Part shown: one piece after another, positions 57,032-64,000 of the stretch
How positions within the stretch are numbered: position 1 is the stretch's first letter
Layout: each line of letters begins with the position of its first letter
Source of the DNA: Bacilli bacterium
Lineage (GTDB): Bacteria > Bacillota_I > Bacilli_A > RF39 > UBA660
Assembly: GCA_025992315.1 (NCBI GenBank)
Contig: DAJPHG010000001.1
Location: 881,633-945,632, forward strand
Length of the DNA stretch: 64,000 bases
Direction of reading: 5' to 3'
The notes under the pieces: generated by a model
Database searches by the model: none
What the model was told of the DNA's origin: nothing
The model's input: only the letters and a program-made list of their open reading frames with translations
Position numbers and translations under genes: made by a program

Positions 57032-59239
57032 ATGGCTAAAAAAAAGAAAAAGAAAGATGAAGCAACTAAATCTTTTCAATATAGTGTGGAATTAAATGGC
57101 CTGTTGTTAATCTTAATCGGTTTAATTGGTTTTGGAACATTTGGACCAGTTGGACGCTTAATTAAAAATTTTGCAATATTTTTAATGGGATCATGGTATG
57201 TAATTATCTTATTATCTGTTTTGATTTTAGGAATTATAATGATTATTAAAAGAAAACTGCCAAAGATGTATTCAACTAGATTAATTGGTTTATATTTTTT
57301 GATAATTGCTATTTTAATGTTTTCTCATTTAGAATATGCTATTGCTAATGAATTAAAAGGAAAAGCAATATTATCTACAACAGTAGATAATTTTATGGGA
57401 GCAACAAATAGTTTAAATTCTAATGTAGGTGGAGGAATAATTGGAGCGTTATTTATTGTTTTATTTACTTCTCTTCTTGATATAAGTGGAACTAAAATAG
57501 TTATAGTAATATTAATGATTTTTGGCTTGATTTTACTATTTGATATAACAATTGCTGATATATTTAAGAAAATTAAAGAAATATTTGCTAATATGAAAAC
57601 TAAATCTTTAGAAAAGAAAGAAAAACGTGAAAAATATAAAGAAGAAGCAGCAGATGAAGATGAATATGACTACGAAGAAGATAAAGAATATGAAACTGAT
57701 GATAAAGTTGTAATAACTAGTGCTGAAGAATTAAAAAATAGTGCTGTAACTGCAACTGCATCTAATGAAGAAAATCAAAATTTACAGGTACAAGTTAATA
57801 ATAATTATCGTCTTCCATCATTAGATCTATTAGATAATCCTAAAAAAAGTGGAAAAGTTAACTCAAATGATTTTATTAGATCTAATAAAATGGTATTAGA
57901 AAGAGTTTTAAATGATTTTGGTATCAAAGGTACTGTAGTTGAAATTCATGTTGGACCAAGTGTAACTCAATATGAAGTTTCTGTTCCTCATGGTACTAAA
58001 TTAAATAAAATTAGTAGTATAAATAAAGAAATAGCTTTAGCATTAGCTGCAAAAGATGTACGTTTACAAACACCAATCCCTGGGAAAAGTACTATTGGTG
58101 TAGAAATTCCAAATCCAGTTATTAGTGAAGTTAAAATTAAAGAGATATTAGCAAATATTCCTAAATCTCAAGCAAATGCTAAAATATTAGTGGCTTTAGG
58201 TAAAGATATTATGGGAAGACCTCAAGCTACGGATATTGCTAAAACACCTCATTTACTAGTTGCAGGTTCAACAGGTAGTGGTAAATCAGTATGTATTAAT
58301 AGTTTCTTAGCTACTATATTAATGAAATATAGGCCTGATGAAGTTAAATTATTATTAGTAGATCCTAAAAAAGTTGAATTATCAAATTATAATGGTGTTC
58401 CTCATCTTTTATGTCCAGTTGTTACTGATCCTAAAAAAGCTTCTGTAGCTTTACAAAAGATTGTTAGTGAAATGGAAAAAAGATATGATTTATTCAGTGA
58501 AAAAGGTGTAAAAAATATTGGGACTTATAATGAATGGGTAGATAAAGAAAATCAAAAAAGTGAAGTTCCAATTAAAAAAATGCCATATATAGTAGTTATT
58601 ATTGATGAACTTGCAGATTTAATGCTTGTTGCATCTAAAGAGGTTGAAGACTCTATTATGAGAATTACTCAAATGGCAAGAGCAGCAGGTATTCATTTAA
58701 TTGTAGCCACTCAAAGACCATCTACTGATGTAATTACTGGCGTTGTAAAGGCTAATATTCCATCTAGAATTTCTTTCGCTGTAGCAACAGGTATAGATTC
58801 TAGAACTATTTTAGATCAAACAGGTGCTGAAAAATTATTAGGCAAAGGTGATATGTTATTCTTACCAATGGGAGAGAATGATCCTATTCGTATTCAAGGT
58901 ACTTATATTTCTGATGATGAAATTAGGAGAGTAATTGAATATGTATCTAAAGAGCAGGCTGCAGTTTATGATAATTCTATTACTCAAATGGAAGATACTC
59001 ATCTAGCTGGTGCAAATAGTGAAAAAGAAGAGTATGAAGATCCTTTATATAATGAAATAGTTGATTTTGCGATTAAAACTGGTAAAGTAAGTGCGTCTTT
59101 ATTACAAAGAAGATTTAGATTAGGATATAATAGGGCAGCAAGAATAGTTGACTTACTAGAAGAAAGAGGTATTATAGGGCCGCCTAATGGTTCTAAACCT
59201 AGAGAAGTATTGGTAAAACCAGAAGAAAAGGATAGTTAA
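57032..59239 (+). CDS. ftsK: DNA translocase FtsK/SpoIIIE
   Basis: N-terminal TM helices, an acidic linker, the motor domain (GSTGSGKSV, VVIIDELADLM, ATQRPS) and the gamma wHTH. ATG at 57032 follows AAGGTGA. Confidence 0.9.
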   Translation: MAKKKKKKDEATKSFQYSVELNGLLLILIGLIGFGTFGPVGRLIKNFAIFLMGSWYVIILLSVLILGIIMIIKRKLPKMYSTRLIGLYFLIIAILMFSHLEYAIANELKGKAILSTTVDNFMGATNSLNSNVGGGIIGALFIVLFTSLLDISGTKIVIVILMIFGLILLFDITIADIFKKIKEIFANMKTKSLEKKEKREKYKEEAADEDEYDYEEDKEYETDDKVVITSAEELKNSAVTATASNEENQNLQVQVNNNYRLPSLDLLDNPKKSGKVNSNDFIRSNKMVLERVLNDFGIKGTVVEIHVGPSVTQYEVSVPHGTKLNKISSINKEIALALAAKDVRLQTPIPGKSTIGVEIPNPVISEVKIKEILANIPKSQANAKILVALGKDIMGRPQATDIAKTPHLLVAGSTGSGKSVCINSFLATILMKYRPDEVKLLLVDPKKVELSNYNGVPHLLCPVVTDPKKASVALQKIVSEMEKRYDLFSEKGVKNIGTYNEWVDKENQKSEVPIKKMPYIVVIIDELADLMLVASKEVEDSIMRITQMARAAGIHLIVATQRPSTDVITGVVKANIPSRISFAVATGIDSRTILDQTGAEKLLGKGDMLFLPMGENDPIRIQGTYISDDEIRRVIEYVSKEQAAVYDNSITQMEDTHLAGANSEKEEYEDPLYNEIVDFAIKTGKVSASLLQRRFRLGYNRAARIVDLLEERGIIGPPNGSKPREVLVKPEEKDS

Positions 59240-59305
59240 TTCTTTCTTTTTTCTTGACAAAATATATTTAAATAAGTATTATAAGCGTTAAAAAGAAGGG
59301 GCTTT

Positions 59306-60301
59306 ATGAAAGAAAATTTATATAAACATATTAATCCATCTGATAATATTTTAATTAGTGAGTTATCTTTAAAAGAAAGAAAAGATTTAATTAATTTGAT
59401 TGATAATACTCCAATAAACTACAAAGAAAAATTAAATGTACCAAGCAATATTACTTTTGGTTTAGAAATAGAATTTGAACAAGCTGGTTTTATTAAAACA
59501 TTTAATGAATTAAAACAGTATTGTAATATAGCTTTTTATGATGAAATGAGTCCTAAAGAATACAATAACTGGACTATAGAGTTTGAACAAGATTGCAGTC
59601 GAAGAATTGAAAATATTCTTTACGGCGGAGAAATTAATTCTCCAATTGTTAATAACAATATTGATTTTTTCAAAGAATTGAAAAATGTTTGTAATGTATT
59701 AAAAAATAATAATGCTCAGTTTAATAGTAAAGCTGGTTTACACATTCATATTAGTAAAGATATAATGAAGCACAAAATTAAAGATTATTTAAAATTATTA
59801 AAGACTTGGATAATTTTTGAAGATGAGTTTTTAAAACTTTATAATGGAGATAAACATATACGACGAAAAAGTGCTGAAACTTATGCAATGAAATTAGAAA
59901 GAACGTTGTATTCTAAGATTTTTGAAGAATATAAAAATTATAAATTAGTAAGTCAAATTGAAAAAAAACTTCAATTTCCAAGATTTTATGATATAGCTTT
60001 TTACACTCCTAGAGTTTGCAATAAAACTTTTGAGTTACGTGCGTGCAATGGAACTGATAATGAGATAATAATTCAACAATATATAAATTATTTTTTTCAT
60101 TTGTTTAAATTAGTAAGTAATAGTGAATCTAATGATTTTATCGATAATTTATTTGTTTTATATGAAAATGATAAATTAGAAGTAACTCAAGATACTATGT
60201 TTAAGCTTTTTGATTATATGTTTGACAATATTGAAGATAAGGCTAGTACTTTAAGACTTTATTATAAAAATACTGAGTATAGTAGGTTAACTAATATTTA
60301 G
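59306..60301 (+). CDS. putative amidoligase (Amidoligase_2 / GS-like fold)
   Basis: An ordered motif set matches what I recall of the family: FGLEIEFEQ, GGEINSP, AGLHIHIS, then TFELRACNGT. Confidence 0.5.
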   Translation: MKENLYKHINPSDNILISELSLKERKDLINLIDNTPINYKEKLNVPSNITFGLEIEFEQAGFIKTFNELKQYCNIAFYDEMSPKEYNNWTIEFEQDCSRRIENILYGGEINSPIVNNNIDFFKELKNVCNVLKNNNAQFNSKAGLHIHISKDIMKHKIKDYLKLLKTWIIFEDEFLKLYNGDKHIRRKSAETYAMKLERTLYSKIFEEYKNYKLVSQIEKKLQFPRFYDIAFYTPRVCNKTFELRACNGTDNEIIIQQYINYFFHLFKLVSNSESNDFIDNLFVLYENDKLEVTQDTMFKLFDYMFDNIEDKASTLRLYYKNTEYSRLTNI

Positions 60302-60351
60302 TTAGTTGTTTTACTATTTCATTTGCTGTATAATTTTAATATGGTGATTTT

Positions 60352-60840
60352 ATGCAGGAATATGTTTTTGTTGGCAAAATAGTAGGCACTCATGGTATTA
60401 AAGGAGAAATTAAATTAATAAGTGATTATTCTATAAAAAACAAAATATTAATTAGTAATCAAAAATTATATATTGGAAAAGAAAAAAAAGAGGTTGTTTT
60501 AGTATCATGTCGTAAACATAAAAATTATGATTTGATATTATTTAGAGAATATAATAATATTAATGAAGTTTTATCGTTTAAAAATAAAGGGTTATATATC
60601 AAAAAAGAGGACTTGCCTCACGATGAAATTATCTTAGAAGAATTAGTTTCTTATAGTATATCTTTAAATGGAAATGAAAAAGGCAAAGTTATAGAAGTTA
60701 TTAAAAATAAATCTAATATTTTATTAAAAGTTGAAGATGAAAAAAGTTATTATATTCCAATGTGTGATGAATATATTACCAAAATTGATAGCAAGAATAA
60801 AAAGATTGAAGTAAAAAATATAGAAGGCTTGATGATATGA
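60352..60840 (+). CDS. rimM: 16S rRNA processing protein RimM
   Basis: Starts with VGKIVGTHGIKGEIKL and has a PRC-barrel C-terminus. Confidence 0.9.
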   Translation: MQEYVFVGKIVGTHGIKGEIKLISDYSIKNKILISNQKLYIGKEKKEVVLVSCRKHKNYDLILFREYNNINEVLSFKNKGLYIKKEDLPHDEIILEELVSYSISLNGNEKGKVIEVIKNKSNILLKVEDEKSYYIPMCDEYITKIDSKNKKIEVKNIEGLMI

Positions 60841-61508
60841 AAATAGATATATTAACTCTTTTTCCTGATATGTTTAATGGCTTTTTAAATGAATCTATTA
60901 TTAAAAGAGCTATTGACAAGAAAAAGGTAGCAATAAATGTTATTAATTTTAGAGAATATTCTAAGGTTAATAACCAACAAGTAGATGATACTCCTTATGG
61001 TGGAGGAGCAGGTATGGTTTTAATGTGCCAGCCTATAGTAGATGCTATTGAAGCTATTAAAACTGAAAATAGTTTAGTTATAATGTTAACTCCTCAAGGA
61101 AAAACTTATAATCAGAGTACAGCTAAGAAATTATGCCAAAATTATAATCATTTAATATTATTATGTGGCCATTATGAGGGTTTTGATGAAAGGATTAATA
61201 ATTTTGTTGATATGAGTATAAGCGTGGGAGATTATGTCTTGACGGGAGGAGAAATTCCCGCTATGATTATAACAGATAGTGTTGTAAGATTAATTGATGA
61301 TGTTATTAATAAAGATTCATATGAAAATGACTCTTTTTCTAATAACTTGTTAGATTATCCAACTTATACAAAGCCACAAGACTTTAGAGGATTTAAAGTG
61401 CCAGATATCTTGCTAAGTGGCAATCATGCTAAAATTGACGAATGGCGTTTAATGATGCAAAAAGAAAAAACAAAGAAATGCAGGCCTGATTTATTGGACA
61501 AAAAGTAG
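60837..61508 (+). CDS. trmD: tRNA (guanine37-N1)-methyltransferase TrmD
   Basis: Contains ILTLFPDMF, DDTPYGGGAGMV, CGHYEGFDER and the GGE motif. Confidence 0.95.
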   Translation: MKIDILTLFPDMFNGFLNESIIKRAIDKKKVAINVINFREYSKVNNQQVDDTPYGGGAGMVLMCQPIVDAIEAIKTENSLVIMLTPQGKTYNQSTAKKLCQNYNHLILLCGHYEGFDERINNFVDMSISVGDYVLTGGEIPAMIITDSVVRLIDDVINKDSYENDSFSNNLLDYPTYTKPQDFRGFKVPDILLSGNHAKIDEWRLMMQKEKTKKCRPDLLDKK

Positions 61509-61516
61509 GTAATAAT

Positions 61517-61960
61517 ATGAGCTATTTAATAAAAAAAGATAATAAAACGAATACTATAACTTATATGAATTATAATCTTGATGGATACAAATTCACTCCT
61601 AAATCTAAAGAAAATACTTCAATTACTATTAATGAAATTGTTGTAATAAATCCTAAAATGATTGATAGTATTTTGACCATTAAATTTAATAGCATGTTTA
61701 AAAAGCTAATAGCATTTATTTCAGATAATTCAGATAATAGTAGTAACGGTATGTATGCTTTAACGGAGATAGAGCGTTTAAAAAGTATTTTATTTCATAA
61801 ATATCAAAAATATATCTCTGCTGAGAAGCAAAGAATCTTTTACAGTAAATTAAATATGTTAGAGCAAAAAATAAAAAGAGATTTAATGATGCAAATGAAT
61901 TTTTCTTATAATAATGTCCATGAATATGAAGAAGAACAAACACAAGGAAGAGGAAGATAA
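61517..61960 (+). CDS. hypothetical protein
   Basis: 147 aa. It occupies the slot after trmD where rplS usually sits. No family recognised. Confidence 0.5.
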   Translation: MSYLIKKDNKTNTITYMNYNLDGYKFTPKSKENTSITINEIVVINPKMIDSILTIKFNSMFKKLIAFISDNSDNSSNGMYALTEIERLKSILFHKYQKYISAEKQRIFYSKLNMLEQKIKRDLMMQMNFSYNNVHEYEEEQTQGRGR

Positions 61961-62040
61961 AAAGTTTTCCTTTTTTTTAAAGGAAAAGTATGAGATATGT
62001 TTAATATATATAATGAAGGATGATTTAGAAAGGAGAATAT

Positions 62041-62715
62041 TTGAAAAATAAAAAAATCATTATTATTAGTTTTATAGCATTTTGTTTACTATGTTGTATA
62101 ACTACTCATGTATTTGCTAAAGATAAAGAAAATACTAAAAAAGAGGAGCAGATTGTAAAAAAAGAAACTAAGAAAAAAACTGTAGCTAAAATAAAATTTG
62201 ATATTAAAGGAGCAGTTAAAAATCCTGGGGTATATGAATTAGAAAAAGGTAAAATGATTATAGATGCCATAAATATCGCTGGTGGATTAATTAACAACGG
62301 AACTACTGATAATATAAATTTAAGCAAAAAAATAGAAAACGAAATGGCAATTATTATATATACAAAGCAAGAAATTAATGCCAAAGAAAAACAAATTTCT
62401 AAAGAATGTAAATGCAATGATGTAGACATTTCTTCATGTACTAAAAATAAGCAATCAATAGTTAAATCGAATGAAAAAGCTAAGAATAATACTACTGCTC
62501 CATCTTCTGATGAAAATAGCAACTCACTTGTTTCTATTAACACAGCAACTAAAGAAGAATTGATGACATTAACTGGTATTGGTGAAGCAAAAGCTTTAAA
62601 CATAATTGATTATCGCAATACAAATGGTGAATTTAAAGATATAAATGAATTAAAAAATATTACTGGTATAGGTGAGTCAATTTTTGAAAAAATTAAAGAT
62701 AATATTAAACTCTAG
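62041..62715 (+). CDS. comEA: competence protein ComEA (SLBB plus helix-hairpin-helix DNA receptor)
   Basis: TTG start, a TM anchor, an SLBB segment (GAVKNPGVYEL) and tandem HhH motifs (LMTLTGIGEAKALNII, LKNITGIGESIFEKI). Confidence 0.85.
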   Translation: MKNKKIIIISFIAFCLLCCITTHVFAKDKENTKKEEQIVKKETKKKTVAKIKFDIKGAVKNPGVYELEKGKMIIDAINIAGGLINNGTTDNINLSKKIENEMAIIIYTKQEINAKEKQISKECKCNDVDISSCTKNKQSIVKSNEKAKNNTTAPSSDENSNSLVSINTATKEELMTLTGIGEAKALNIIDYRNTNGEFKDINELKNITGIGESIFEKIKDNIKL

Positions 62716-64000
62716 ATATTTAATTATTTCTTTAATTTTTATCTATTTTATTTGTTTAGTTTGTAATTTAAGTTTTAATAATAAAACTACATATCAAGAA
62801 AAGTATTATAATATAAGTGGAGTTTTATTAGACTATAAAATTGATAATGATAAATTAACTATTATTTTAAAAGAAAAAGAAAAAATTAAAGGAACTTATT
62901 ATTTAAAACCGTCAAAAGAAACTGATATTTTAAAAAGACAATTAGAATATGGATGTTCTATGAATATAAAGGGAATAATAAAAATACCTTCTAATAATAC
63001 AATTCCCAATACTTTTAATTATAAAAAATATTTAAAATATAATCACATAAATTATATAATTCAAATTGATAGTTTAAAAGTACTAAAAAAGAATAGCAGT
63101 GTTTTTTATAAAATAAAAAATTTTGTAGTTAGAAGAATTAATAAACTTAATTATTCAAAAGAATATGTATATGCATTTTTAATTGGAAAAAAAGATTATC
63201 TAGATAATGAAGTTTATAAAAATTATCAAAATCTTGGAATTACACATCTGTTTGCTATATCAGGCATGCATATTACATTATTATGCATGCTATTAAAGAA
63301 TATATTAAAAAAGCTAAAAATAAACTATTTATTTAGGGAGCTATTAATAATAATCATTTTAATTTTTTACTCATTTTTAGCTAATTTTTCGGCAAGCATT
63401 TTTAGAGCTTTAGCTTTCTATGTTTTATTAACTGTAAATAAAAACTTTTATCTAAGTTTAACTACAATTAAAATATATATTTATAGTATTTTAGCAATTC
63501 TTTTAATTGATAATTATTTATTATTTAATATTGGTTTTCAATACTCTTCATTAGCTACTTTGGGATTAATAATATCGAGCAATATTGTGAAAAATAAAAG
63601 ATATTTTTCTAAAGTTCTTTTAACTAGTGTCATTGCTACTTTATTTACAATACCAATTACATTAAATAATTTTTATGAGTTTAATTTATTAAGCTGTATT
63701 AATAATCTATTTTTTGTACCATTTGTTTCATTTATCATTTTTCCTTTAACAATAATTTCTTTTATATGTTTAAAATTTTCTAATATATTAATGATATTCA
63801 TTAAAATTATGGAATATTTTAGTTGGAAATTAAATTATTTTAATATTCTTATTCAAGTTCCAAAATTTTGTTACGGATGGATTTTTATATATTATTTGAT
63901 TTTAATTAGATCAGTATATTTTAACAAATTTAAAAACATTATTTATTGTTTATTAATTCTTTTATTTATTAAATTTTCTTATTTATTAGATTCTAATGAT
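62684..64000 (+). CDS. comEC: DNA internalization channel ComEC/Rec2, N-terminal part (3' end outside window)
   Basis: The frame is open from 62672 to the window end. It has a DUF4131-like OB segment and then the Competence domain (GITHLFAISGMHITLL). TTG at 62684 follows GGTGAG. There is no ATG, so the start is uncertain. This ORF is missing from the ORF track. Confidence 0.75.
   Translation, partial: MKKLKIILNSRYLIISLIFIYFICLVCNLSFNNKTTYQEKYYNISGVLLDYKIDNDKLTIILKEKEKIKGTYYLKPSKETDILKRQLEYGCSMNIKGIIKIPSNNTIPNTFNYKKYLKYNHINYIIQIDSLKVLKKNSSVFYKIKNFVVRRINKLNYSKEYVYAFLIGKKDYLDNEVYKNYQNLGITHLFAISGMHITLLCMLLKNILKKLKINYLFRELLIIIILIFYSFLANFSASIFRALAFYVLLTVNKNFYLSLTTIKIYIYSILAILLIDNYLLFNIGFQYSSLATLGLIISSNIVKNKRYFSKVLLTSVIATLFTIPITLNNFYEFNLLSCINNLFFVPFVSFIIFPLTIISFICLKFSNILMIFIKIMEYFSWKLNYFNILIQVPKFCYGWIFIYYLILIRSVYFNKFKNIIYCLLILLFIKFSYLLDSND

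Noticed and set aside
62106-62603. 165-aa minus-strand ORF antisense to comEA
   Set aside because: It is a shadow ORF. comEA on the plus strand has clear SLBB and HhH motifs.
1-64000. CRISPR arrays, rRNA, tRNA and intact IS elements or prophage
   Set aside because: I saw no regularly spaced direct repeats and no GC-rich cloverleaf-like or rRNA-like segments in any intergenic region. The only mobility gene is a truncated recombinase remnant. This is a by-eye scan, so a tRNAscan/Rfam run would be needed to be certain.

Overview
Strongly AT-rich chromosomal segment from a low-GC, cell-walled Bacillota-type bacterium. TGA is a normal stop, so this is standard code 11. It encodes both PolC and DnaE, a PASTA kinase, SepF/DivIVA and ComEA/ComEC. 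About 85 percent of the window is plus-strand housekeeping genes in Bacillus-like order: fmt-rlmN-prpC-prkC-rsgA-rpe; ireB-ruvX-DUF1292-mltG-trmR-U32-U32-greA; tig; lemA; DUF2207; dnaE-polC; xer; ppdK; sepF-divIVA-frr; sufCDSU; T-box-serS; a sigma factor; miaB; ftsK; rimM-trmD; comEA-comEC. I saw no rRNA, tRNA or CRISPR array. The one clearly accessory stretch is about 35.7-43.0 kb, a fossil mobile island. It holds a RelA/SpoT HD-domain pseudogene, an XRE-type HTH remnant, the C-terminal remnant of a large serine recombinase, and a thiE-like gene with an in-frame TGA. Inside it sits an intact, translationally coupled operon (37476-41690). This comprises an 18-aa ORF with a near-perfect SD, a 537-aa protein with a C39-type papain-like C-terminal domain, a 111-aa ORF, a YcaO ending in PHPFP, and a Pol-beta-fold nucleotidyltransferase. 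There is no SagB-type dehydrogenase, TfuA, full-length E1-like partner or exporter nearby. I rank this as the best candidate for an undescribed YcaO-dependent peptide or protein modification system. Secondary observations are a PPDK with an N-terminal extension of about 131 aa, an orphan Amidoligase_2-like gene, a suf operon lacking sufB, a C26 amidotransferase with no canonical start codon, and many small gene remnants that suggest ongoing genome decay. All family assignments come from motif recognition by eye, with no database search run.
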